This document shows positions 39,322-48,132 of a stretch of 64,000 nucleotides of DNA, one piece after another. The stretch covers positions 754-64,753 of the forward strand of contig JALTLO010000177.1 in assembly GCA_027001995.1 (NCBI GenBank), written 5' to 3'. The notes beneath the pieces were generated by a model, which worked only from the letters and a program-made list of their open reading frames with translations, had not been told where the DNA came from and ran no database searches. This DNA comes from Planctomycetota bacterium. Lineage in GTDB: Bacteria; Planctomycetota; GCA-002687715; DRQF01. The position numbers and the translations under genes were made by a program. Each line of letters starts with the position of its first letter. Positions within the stretch are counted from its first letter, which is position 1.

Positions 39322-41907
39322 ATGAGCATAGACGACAAGAACACTGCACCTAAGGACCAAGACCAAGATGGGCTTGACGGCGATGCACCTCAGTCCACCC
39401 GTGTTGGTTCGTCGGCGAAGTCTCGGAGCAGCTCGCTATCTATGGGGTTAGGAGGGAAGACGCTCGGACACTATAGACTTCTGAAAGAAATTGGTCATGG
39501 GGGGCAGGGCTATGTTTATCTTGCAGAAGATGAGCATCTCCATCGGAAAGTCGCCCTCAAGGTTCTGCTTGAATCGGGGCAGATGTCAAAGGCTTCACGA
39601 TTGCGCTTTGAGCGCGAAGCGGAAGCGGCAGGCATGTTAGACCACTCTGGCATCGCACGGGTCTATGAGATTGGTGAACACGAAGGTTTGGCGTTTATCG
39701 CATTCGAATTCGTCGCCGGTAGGAATCTAGCCGACCACATCAGCGAGTCTGGTGACAAGATGATTGCTGGGCAAGCGATCACAGAAGTTCACATCGAATT
39801 TGATCAGAATGAGAGCTCGTCTGCTTCGTCAAGCGCAACAGAATCGAGCGATCCGAGTACCGCAGACAGAGATGCGATTTTGAGTGCCGTGCGCTACATC
39901 GAAAGCGCCGCCCGGGCCCTCCATGCTGCCCATGAAGTCGGGCTCATCCATCGGGACATCAAGCCTGCCAATCTCATGGTTCGAGACGATGGAACTGCGT
40001 GTATCCTCGATTTTGGCTTGGCAAAAAACGAAGAGTCTCATGGGATGACGCTGACCCAATCGGGCGATCTTATGGGCACTCCGGCCTACATGTCTCCAGA
40101 GCAACTCCTGGCCCATCGCCTCAAACTTGATCGCCGGACAGATATCTATTCTCTCGGGGTCAGCTTGTTTGAGGCCTGCACTTTGCGCCGTCCTTTTATT
40201 GGCAACAACCGCCAAGAGTTATACCAGGCGATCTCGCAACAAGAGCCGCCGAATCCCCGAACCATTAATAAGAGAATTCACAAAGACTTGTCGGCCATTA
40301 TCTTGACTGCCATCGATAAAGACCGGAATCGTCGCTACCCGACAGCTTTGGAATTTGCCGATGATTTGCGGCGGTTTCGAGAATTTGAACCAGTCCGAGC
40401 TCGACCAGCAGGGCCCTGGGTCAAAGGGGTCCGATGGATACAACGGAACCGAGGCGTTGCTATCAGCCTCGGACTAGCTTTGATGTTCTTGACAACTGGC
40501 CTGATTGTCAGCTTGGTCTTGTTGGGCAAGGCACGCAGAGAGAGAGATAGCCGTTTGGTCGCTCAACAGATCGCCGAGAAACGTCGGGAAGAGGCGGAGT
40601 CATCAGCAAGGACTGCAAGGGCTGCAAGGGCTGTCAATGATTTCTTGAACAATGATCTCCTTGGGGCGGCGAATCCAGAGAGGGCTCAAGGTCGAGAAAC
40701 AACAGTGCGAGAGATCCTTGATCAAGCTGCGAAGAGAGTGGGCAAGACCTTCGAGGACGAACCGGAAGTCGAAATTCAATTGCGGCAAACTCTAGGGGAA
40801 ACTTACTCGGCTTTGGGATTGTATCCTCAGGCCTTGAAGCATTTGGAGATCACCCTAGAAAAAGTCAAACACCATTATCCTGGTGAGAGCCTCCAAATGG
40901 CCCAAGCTCATTTTGCCATGGCATTTGCCATTGGCGGAGGAAAGGGAGATCCGGAGGAAGCGGTTCGTCATATGGAAGAAGCCTATGAGATCAGGAAGTC
41001 TCTTCTTGGGGAGAATGCTCCAGAGACCTTGATTGCCGGTGCTAGGCGAGAAGAGTTTCGCGCTTTTGCCCGAGGCAAAGTGGCTCCTCCCATGACGGAT
41101 TTCTATTTGAAGACGTTTGCCTTGTTGAGAGGAAAAAGCGAGACTCAACAAGAAATTGAAGATCATCTTGCTCGCAAGATCGGCGAGATTGACAATTTGT
41201 GGCGCAGTGGCAAGAGGCAGGCTGCTATTGACTTGGTCAAGGCAGAAGCGGTCCCCATATTTAGGCACCCCATTTTCGGATCAAAGATACCTCTTGGGCT
41301 CTCATCCTATGGCGCGACTACTCTGGCCGACGCTGGTTTGCTGGGGGCAACTGAAGCCATGATTCTCGCTTCTTTTGACCTCAGCAAAGAACTTTCCGGC
41401 CCGAATAGCCATGACACCTTGATGATTGAGGGGCATCTCGGGAATCTTCGTTTGGAACAGGAAAGACTCGAAGAAGCGGAGAGCATTCTCAAACACGTAT
41501 TCCAAGTGTTGGAAAAGAAGTGGGGTTTGGGGCACAATTATACTCTCGGAGTAGCGTGGAGCCTCAGCGATACCTATCAAGCCCAGAAGCGCCTCGATTT
41601 GGCCCAAGATCTTCTCTCAAGAGCCCTTGCTGCTGGGCGTAAGAAACTGACGTCATCCCACTATTTCGTTCTTCGTACTGCGACAAAGCTGAGTCTTGTG
41701 TTGATGAAACGAGGCCAATTTGTGGAAGCGGAGTCTTTGCTTCTGGAAAACTGGAAAATCTTGGAAAACATGGATGCGAATGGGAAATCTACCCGAAACC
41801 AAAAGCTCGCTCGGAAAGGAGCCGTGGCAACGTTGATTAAGCTCTACGGTGCATGGCAAAAGCCGGCTCAGAAAAGCAAATGGCAAGGTCGGCTGCGGGC
41901 GGAATGA
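39322..41907 (+). CDS. Hanks-type Ser/Thr protein kinase with a TM helix and C-terminal TPR repeats
   Basis: IGHGGQGYVY, VALKVL, IHRDIKPAN, DFGLAK, GTPAYMSPEQ and TDIYSLG; kinesin-light-chain-like TPRs. Confidence 0.95.
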   Translation: MSIDDKNTAPKDQDQDGLDGDAPQSTRVGSSAKSRSSSLSMGLGGKTLGHYRLLKEIGHGGQGYVYLAEDEHLHRKVALKVLLESGQMSKASRLRFEREAEAAGMLDHSGIARVYEIGEHEGLAFIAFEFVAGRNLADHISESGDKMIAGQAITEVHIEFDQNESSSASSSATESSDPSTADRDAILSAVRYIESAARALHAAHEVGLIHRDIKPANLMVRDDGTACILDFGLAKNEESHGMTLTQSGDLMGTPAYMSPEQLLAHRLKLDRRTDIYSLGVSLFEACTLRRPFIGNNRQELYQAISQQEPPNPRTINKRIHKDLSAIILTAIDKDRNRRYPTALEFADDLRRFREFEPVRARPAGPWVKGVRWIQRNRGVAISLGLALMFLTTGLIVSLVLLGKARRERDSRLVAQQIAEKRREEAESSARTARAARAVNDFLNNDLLGAANPERAQGRETTVREILDQAAKRVGKTFEDEPEVEIQLRQTLGETYSALGLYPQALKHLEITLEKVKHHYPGESLQMAQAHFAMAFAIGGGKGDPEEAVRHMEEAYEIRKSLLGENAPETLIAGARREEFRAFARGKVAPPMTDFYLKTFALLRGKSETQQEIEDHLARKIGEIDNLWRSGKRQAAIDLVKAEAVPIFRHPIFGSKIPLGLSSYGATTLADAGLLGATEAMILASFDLSKELSGPNSHDTLMIEGHLGNLRLEQERLEEAESILKHVFQVLEKKWGLGHNYTLGVAWSLSDTYQAQKRLDLAQDLLSRALAAGRKKLTSSHYFVLRTATKLSLVLMKRGQFVEAESLLLENWKILENMDANGKSTRNQKLARKGAVATLIKLYGAWQKPAQKSKWQGRLRAE

Positions 41908-41983
41908 GGGACCCCGGTTTTTCATGGAACCTATGACCAATCCGGGAGTCAAATGATGCAATCTTGTTCATTCGAGGACTCCC

Positions 41984-42595
41984 ATGAGAATATCCCCCTT
42001 CTTTTTTCTTTCCACTTTGATCCTTGGGTTTGCCCCTAGCAGCGATCCTCTTGTAATCACGAGGGCCGATGTGTCGGAACGGGCTGAGATCAAATCCGAG
42101 CCCCTTGATCAGCTTATGTTCTTTGCAGTTTCCGAAGGGCTCTATCGTGAGGGTGTCAAGAATGATGACGTTGACATCATCTTGGCACAGGCCGAAGGGG
42201 AAGGGGGGACCCTGGCATACGTGAATTTCGTCTATGGCTGCGGGCTTTGCACTCCGTCATTGAATGCGTTTCGGAACTATCGCGAAAGGCAGCTTTTCTT
42301 TGCTTCAAAGACTCACGCGAGGAGTTTCGGCAAGGGCTTAGGCAAGGTTGAAAGAGTGAGGCTGCGTAGCAAGGACCCTCAAGTACGCCTGAACTGCCTC
42401 CAAGGAATGATTCAAAGGTGGATCAAGCAGAGGCTTGACAGCAAGCGTTTGACGGCTGTGGAGAAGCGCCACTACCGAATTGGTCTGTCTCGACTCCGGA
42501 AGGACGCCATGCTGTTCCTTAAGGCACCCAAGTCCCTTTATGGGTCCAAGGCGAAATGTGCCGTTTGCGAGGGTGCGGTGGAGAGCTCTCGATGA
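41984..42595 (+). CDS. Exported hypothetical protein with two CxxC motifs
   Basis: GAGG RBS, signal-like N-terminus, YGCGLCTP and CAVCEG. Confidence 0.75.
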   Translation: MRISPFFFLSTLILGFAPSSDPLVITRADVSERAEIKSEPLDQLMFFAVSEGLYREGVKNDDVDIILAQAEGEGGTLAYVNFVYGCGLCTPSLNAFRNYRERQLFFASKTHARSFGKGLGKVERVRLRSKDPQVRLNCLQGMIQRWIKQRLDSKRLTAVEKRHYRIGLSRLRKDAMLFLKAPKSLYGSKAKCAVCEGAVESSR

Positions 42596-42869
42596 AGGTG
42601 CTTACCTCTGACCAAATGGGGCTGGTTGGGGCAGCAAAGGTGGATTCGTTGCACCATTTTGTCAATTCTGCGGCTGAGTTATGGCCCCTATGTCGATGAA
42701 TGACCAGTTCTTGGTAGTGGATGCCACATACCTTAAGTCATTTATTTGTAACAGTTTGAGGTGTTATGGCTGAGGGAATTGAGTGAATTTTCAATTTCAT
42801 TACAGGGAAAGGCACGGACGTTGCGATGGGTTGGGCAAGTTTCACTTAGTTTTGGATAACGAGGTTGCC

Positions 42870-43040
42870 ATGATTATCAAATACGCACTTTCGATGCAGG
42901 GTGTTCGCTACTATCAAGTCTTTGAAGGCGACGATGACATCTTCATGGGCACTTTGGGCGAATGCAAACGTTTCATTTCGATCCACAACGCCAAGATCCT
43001 CGAACGTCAGGCTATGGCCCGAGCAGCTCGCGCTTCCTGA
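42870..43040 (+). CDS. Small hypothetical protein (56 aa)
   Basis: GAGGT RBS before ATG 42870, protein-like composition, and its own terminator at 43080-43107. Confidence 0.65.
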   Translation: MIIKYALSMQGVRYYQVFEGDDDIFMGTLGECKRFISIHNAKILERQAMARAARAS

Positions 43041-43079
43041 TCGCTTTTGAAACTTTCCTAACAGTCAATCCAGTATAAG

Positions 43080-43107
43080 GTAGGAGATACACAATCTCCT
43101 ACTTTTT
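43080..43107 (+). terminator. Rho-independent terminator
   Basis: GTAGGAGAT-ACACA-ATCTCCTAC followed by TTTTT. Confidence 0.75.
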
Positions 43108-43121
43108 CATGGACACGCGGA

Positions 43122-44342
43122 TTGCACTCATATCGTTTCCCCATCATCGGCCTACTCCTCACCCTCTTCCTTCCCGGAGCTTTAGGGCAGGAAAAGACTT
43201 ATAGGCCGTGGTTCCCACAAGCTATTCTTAATGAATCCACAGGCATCGTCGTGGCGACTTATGTGCGCACGACTAAGCTCCCAAGCAAGGAACTCTTGCA
43301 TCGGTTTCAGGTAAAGAGTGTTCTGAAGGGACAAGAATCCAAGAGCATCTTGGTCATTGGCGCCGAGCGTTCAATTCTTACCGAGAAGAAGCTTGAGAAA
43401 ATTCTCTTTTTGAGAAGAACGAAGCACGCTTCATTTCGGGTTGTGATCGATTTCGTTGATCTTCCCCGCCGTGATGCCGTCAATCGTGTTTCCTTCTTGG
43501 AGTCCTATCTTAAGCTCATCAAGGCTGCTAAGGGCTCTTTGGCAATTCCCATGAAGCAACTCTGTTTTGATCACATCGAGACTTCGAGTTCCTGGGTGCG
43601 CCGCATCATTATTCGAGAGCTATTTCGGCTGGCCACCGTTCGTGCCGATCTCTTCAGTTCTTCTGATCTCTTTGAGGTCGAGAAGCTGCAAACAAGGGTG
43701 GCAGGCAAGTATGACAAGAGAACGGTCGCCCGTATCCGATTGGCCATCGAAGAAGGCAAAGCCCTCAAGTGGACCCGCTCCCGTCTTGTTTTTCCTGACG
43801 CTGAAACCCGTCGCGCCTATCTGGCAGATTTGGCACTCTTTGAGAAATCGAAGGACGTGAAGAAGCGCCTGCAATTCTTGAAGGACACGGTTGAGACCTT
43901 TCGCAAGGCTTCAGCTCCGTTTCTTGCCAATTTGCTGTCAGACTCTTCCGCCGAGGTCGTGAAACAAGCGATCTTCTATCTGGGAGAACTGGAGTCCGGA
44001 GCTGGAGTAGGAAAACTGGTGACTTTGGCACAATCGTCCCCCCAAATGGAAATTCGGCAAGCTGCTGTCTTGGCTCTTGGAAAAATCGCAGCAACGAGGG
44101 TGACCCCATCTCTGGTGGCCCTCCTGGGGGTAGAAGAGTTGCAGGAGGCTGTTCTTCGGGCCTTGATCGCCCTGGACACCCCCAGCAGCGTTCAGGCAGT
44201 TCGCGAGTTTGATGACGCACGCAGGCGTGATCCGAAATCTTCTCCAGAGCTTCGTGTCTATTTGGCCAAAATTCTCGGAAAACCGTTTCGCAAACAATTG
44301 GAGCGGGAGCACCGCGCGCGCTTGACCAAATATGCCCGCTGA
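43122..44342 (+). CDS. Exported HEAT-repeat protein
   Basis: Signal peptide; LLSDSSAEVVKQAIFYLGEL and EIRQAAVLALGKI repeats. Confidence 0.8.
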   Translation: MHSYRFPIIGLLLTLFLPGALGQEKTYRPWFPQAILNESTGIVVATYVRTTKLPSKELLHRFQVKSVLKGQESKSILVIGAERSILTEKKLEKILFLRRTKHASFRVVIDFVDLPRRDAVNRVSFLESYLKLIKAAKGSLAIPMKQLCFDHIETSSSWVRRIIIRELFRLATVRADLFSSSDLFEVEKLQTRVAGKYDKRTVARIRLAIEEGKALKWTRSRLVFPDAETRRAYLADLALFEKSKDVKKRLQFLKDTVETFRKASAPFLANLLSDSSAEVVKQAIFYLGELESGAGVGKLVTLAQSSPQMEIRQAAVLALGKIAATRVTPSLVALLGVEELQEAVLRALIALDTPSSVQAVREFDDARRRDPKSSPELRVYLAKILGKPFRKQLEREHRARLTKYAR

Positions 44343-44449
44343 ACGGAGCGTTGCCCGTTTGATGCTTCTTCCCTCCCGTGCTACCGTAAACCCTGTTCGA
44401 GCCCATTGATAGCAGAGTTTTTCCCGCTCAGATTGAGGGTCAGTTCTTC

Positions 44450-46042
44450 ATGTTGCATTTTTCTCGGATAGGGTCATTCTCTATCATAATAATTGGCATG
44501 TTTTTTTCGTTCTTGCCAGTTGCTTTTGCACAGGTGGAAAGCACCGCCGCTGAAACTCATGTTTCGCCTAAGAAGAGTTCTCCGCGACAGTTGAGAATCG
44601 GTGTGGAAGATGCTGTGCGTTTAGCCACCACCCACAACAGCTCCTTGAAAGTTGCCTATTTTAATCAATTGATTGACCACACTTCTGTTTCTGAATCGGA
44701 AGCCAAGTTTGAACCAACATTGAATCTCGCCGCCAACTATGGCGCTCGCGAGTCGGTGTTTCCAAGCACTTTCCCTACAGGAAACACCAATCCAGATGGA
44801 ACTCCCGAGTTCTTCCAAACCATCGTCACCAACTCGGCGGATGCCGCGGGGTTCAGCGCTGGGGTCAAAGGGCTCTTTCCTACAGGCGCCACTTACGAAA
44901 TGCAAATTGGCACCAGCTTCGAGAACAATGAACGAGGGGGTTTGATTAACCCAAGTTTTCAAACATCGACGACGGTGACTTTCACCCAACCGATTCTTCG
45001 AAATGCTTGGCTTCAATATAACTACGCCGAGATTCGATTGGCGCGTTTTGCCGAATCTCAAAGTCGGCAGCGATATCGCACCGATGTTTTGGCTACGATT
45101 CAGGCAGTTCATGAAGCCTATTGGAACTATGTCTTCTCAATCAAAGACTTGACGGTGAAGAAACGTTCTTTGGAGCTGGCGAACAAACTCTTAGACATCA
45201 ACCGGGTGAAAGTGGAGACAGGCGTTTTTGCTCCCATCGAAATTGCTGCTGCAGAGTCGGGGGTGGCAACACGTGTGACCGATGTCCAAGTGGCAGAAAA
45301 TGCTATTGAAGACAATGCGGATCGTTTACGTCGGCTCATTTTGAGCTTCGCAAAGCGTTCCGATTGGGATATCGATCTCATTCCAACAGACGATATCAAG
45401 GAAACAACATGGAAAATTCCGCCACTTGATGAATGCATTGATATTGCCCTTTCGGAAAGACCAGATCTTTCAGAATCTCGCCTGAATCTCCGTCGCCAAG
45501 ACATCAATATCGCCGTGGCAGACAATGAGCTCTTACCCAAAGTTGACGTGGCGGGTTCGGTGACCTTCACGGGTCTGAATAGTGGCTTTGATAGCTCATT
45601 CACTGATAGCTTTGGAACTGTCGGTGCTGAGACTTGGAATTTGGCGGTCACTTTGGAGATCCCCCTGGGGAATCGCGCTGCAAGAGCAAAGCTGTCTCGG
45701 TCGCGTCTTCAAAGAGATCAAGCTTTGATGACCTACAGAGATCTTCAGTTGACCGCCATGGAAGAAGTACGAAAGTCCTATCGCGACGTGGAGATTGCCC
45801 TCAAGACCACCCAATCCCAGAAGAAAGCAATGGAGCTCAAAAGAGAAGAGCTCAAGAACGAACAGATCAAACTGGAGAACAAGGTCTCAACGAATTTCCA
45901 AGTCTTGGAGGTTGAAAGTGATCTGGCAGAACGCAAAAGTGAATTTATTCGGGCATTGGTTCAATATCGAATAGCTTTGTCGAGCTTGGCCAAGGCCATG
46001 GGATCAAGTCAAAGAGTGCTGAAATGGTCGCTTCGCCGTTAG
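44450..46042 (+). CDS. TolC family outer-membrane efflux protein
   Basis: DAVRLATTHNSSL, FTQPILR, VHEAYW, ALSERPDL, LLPKVD and LEIPLGNRAARA (two OEP repeats). Confidence 0.9.
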   Translation: MLHFSRIGSFSIIIIGMFFSFLPVAFAQVESTAAETHVSPKKSSPRQLRIGVEDAVRLATTHNSSLKVAYFNQLIDHTSVSESEAKFEPTLNLAANYGARESVFPSTFPTGNTNPDGTPEFFQTIVTNSADAAGFSAGVKGLFPTGATYEMQIGTSFENNERGGLINPSFQTSTTVTFTQPILRNAWLQYNYAEIRLARFAESQSRQRYRTDVLATIQAVHEAYWNYVFSIKDLTVKKRSLELANKLLDINRVKVETGVFAPIEIAAAESGVATRVTDVQVAENAIEDNADRLRRLILSFAKRSDWDIDLIPTDDIKETTWKIPPLDECIDIALSERPDLSESRLNLRRQDINIAVADNELLPKVDVAGSVTFTGLNSGFDSSFTDSFGTVGAETWNLAVTLEIPLGNRAARAKLSRSRLQRDQALMTYRDLQLTAMEEVRKSYRDVEIALKTTQSQKKAMELKREELKNEQIKLENKVSTNFQVLEVESDLAERKSEFIRALVQYRIALSSLAKAMGSSQRVLKWSLRR

Positions 46043-46121
46043 AAGCCATTTCATTTGTGGCTAAAGATGAGACCAAAATCGAAATGCGCATTCCACAAGA
46101 ACTCATTAGGATCGAATTCTC

Positions 46122-47534
46122 ATGGATATGAAGACCCTTTTGCTCTACGGCGCAGTTGTGGCTCTCGCGGCTGGCTTAGCAGTCTTGGTATTTTCGGAAC
46201 CGGCCACTTCAGATTCGCTTGGAGATAGGGAGGTTGTGCAGGTTGATGATCCAGCTTGGTATCGAACCGCCTCTTTCGGAACTCGTTTGGCTGCTCTCAA
46301 GAAGCGCCTTGCATTGATGACTTCTCGCGCGATTGCACCGGAGCAAACAGGACCGGTGAAGGATGACATTGCGCTTCTTTGCCGAGATGAAGCTTTGGTG
46401 GACGTTGTGATTGACTCCTTCGAATCTCATCCTCATTTGACCTCAGCCCTTCTGTCCGCATACATGGAGATCTTTGGCCGAGTCAAGAATCCCAAATTCA
46501 CGCCTCTTTTGAAGCGCGGTTTTGAAAGTCCTGAGTTTGAAGTACGGATGAACGCTGCTGCCGCAGGAATGGTTCACGGAAGTGCTCGCTCCATCGAAGA
46601 GATTGGCCAAGCTCTTCTTGTCAGCTCGGGAGCCCAAGCCGGAAGTTTGTTGGCGACGCTCTTGGCCGACGGTGGGGGAAACGCACTCCATTGGGTCGAG
46701 GCCGTTATTGCCGAGAGAGAAGAAGAAGGCTTGCTCATCCCTTCTCTTCGTGCCATGGGAGACGCCCGATACATGAACGCTATTCCGACGATTCGTCGCC
46801 GTCTGAAGCATCCCAGTGCTGCGGTGGAGATTGCTGCCGCCGCTGCTTTAGCGATTATGGGCCAACAGGATGGCTATCAGTATATTCGCAACTTAGCCAT
46901 GGACGAGAAAGCCAGCCCTTTGGCAAGAGCTGAAGCCGTCCAAGTCTTGCACACCGTAGCCGGTGGCAAAAACAAGGAGCTCTTTCGCAAACTGGCCTCG
47001 CGTAAAGACGCTGCGGGCTTTGAGTCGCGGCTTGTTTTGCTGAAGTTGCGCGATCCAGAAATGATCAAGCAATTGAGAAGTAAAGCTTTGGGAAAGAGAG
47101 GTCTCGACAAAGTTCAGGCTGCAGGGGCCCTTGGGGCTTCTGGGGTGGAAGAAGATGCGGCATTCTTGGCAGAGCATGTGGACGAATTTGATGTGGCGAC
47201 GCTTCGCGCTGTCATCGAATCTCTCAAACGAGGCCGGCCGAAAAACGCCGGTCGTTTCATCGCCAACCTGGCAGCCTTGAAAAAGCCGGAAGCAGGCTTG
47301 GCTTATCGCGCTTTTTCTCAGTATGGCGAGGATGCTCTGGATGACTTGGCCCGTGTCCTTGCCAAAGAGACAGACCCGGAACGACGTGACCTGCTATTGA
47401 GAGCTGCGTCGCTTGTACCGTGTGAAAAGTCATTGGCTATCCTTCAGTCCGTAGACGCGGGAGACGATCGCGATTTGTGGATGCTTGTTCGGAGTCTTAT
47501 TCGCAAAGTTGATCTGGGGATCCTTAAGAAATGA
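46122..47534 (+). CDS. Membrane-anchored HEAT-repeat protein
   Basis: N-terminal TM helix; FESPEFEVRMNAAAA and LKHPSAAVEIAAAAALAIMG repeats. Confidence 0.75.
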   Translation: MDMKTLLLYGAVVALAAGLAVLVFSEPATSDSLGDREVVQVDDPAWYRTASFGTRLAALKKRLALMTSRAIAPEQTGPVKDDIALLCRDEALVDVVIDSFESHPHLTSALLSAYMEIFGRVKNPKFTPLLKRGFESPEFEVRMNAAAAGMVHGSARSIEEIGQALLVSSGAQAGSLLATLLADGGGNALHWVEAVIAEREEEGLLIPSLRAMGDARYMNAIPTIRRRLKHPSAAVEIAAAAALAIMGQQDGYQYIRNLAMDEKASPLARAEAVQVLHTVAGGKNKELFRKLASRKDAAGFESRLVLLKLRDPEMIKQLRSKALGKRGLDKVQAAGALGASGVEEDAAFLAEHVDEFDVATLRAVIESLKRGRPKNAGRFIANLAALKKPEAGLAYRAFSQYGEDALDDLARVLAKETDPERRDLLLRAASLVPCEKSLAILQSVDAGDDRDLWMLVRSLIRKVDLGILKK

Positions 47535-47540
47535 CAGCCG

Positions 47541-48122
47541 ATGCAGATCGTTAAGAGTGTGGTCCAAGAGGGGCATGTGGATCACATCCGTGAAGGTACT
47601 CGTGCCTATTTCTTGGGCGAGAATTATACCGAACTTCAGATCGACAAAGAGCAGTTGCGTTTTTGCAAGCATGGGGCTGTAAAGGTGGCCATGAACTCAA
47701 AAATCGAGTCTCTGCCAACAGTGCTTGATGTTCGTTTGATTCCCCAAGTCGACAGAGACGGCCATGACTTGGTTGTTCTGACCTTGAACTATGAAGTAAA
47801 AATGAAGTTTCGACTAGTGAGTCGAATCGACACATTATTTTTCGATTTGGAAACCGAGGCCCTTCAAGAGTACTTAGAGACGGGGAAGCGTAGTTTTGAT
47901 GTGGGACGGTTGAACGATGTTCGCAATCCCATCGCCATTACAGCTTTTGGTAACGCTCTTTTGACTGCTTTTCTGATCGGAGCGGCGGGGCTCTTGATCG
48001 GGGCTAAAGCCCATGTCATCTTTCCGATCGCCCTTGGCATCAGCTTGATTACCTATGTCAGTATTATTGGTTTCGCCGATATCATTGTTGATGGCATGGA
48101 TCAGCTCAAGCACAAGAAATAA
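47541..48122 (+). CDS. Hypothetical protein with two C-terminal TM helices
   Basis: Clean ORF 6 nt after the previous stop, with a hydrophobic hairpin at the C-terminus. Confidence 0.7.
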   Translation: MQIVKSVVQEGHVDHIREGTRAYFLGENYTELQIDKEQLRFCKHGAVKVAMNSKIESLPTVLDVRLIPQVDRDGHDLVVLTLNYEVKMKFRLVSRIDTLFFDLETEALQEYLETGKRSFDVGRLNDVRNPIAITAFGNALLTAFLIGAAGLLIGAKAHVIFPIALGISLITYVSIIGFADIIVDGMDQLKHKK

Positions 48123-48132
48123 TCGGCAACCA

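Noticed and set aside
40606..40632. Three tandem copies of GCAAGG(A/G)CT
   Set aside because: An in-frame 9-mer encoding ARTARAARA in the kinase coiled-coil linker; too short to imply phase variation.
42593..42710. UGA readthrough of the CxxC protein
   Set aside because: The UGA is not in a Cys/redox context, the extension does not look protein-like, and I found no convincing hairpin.
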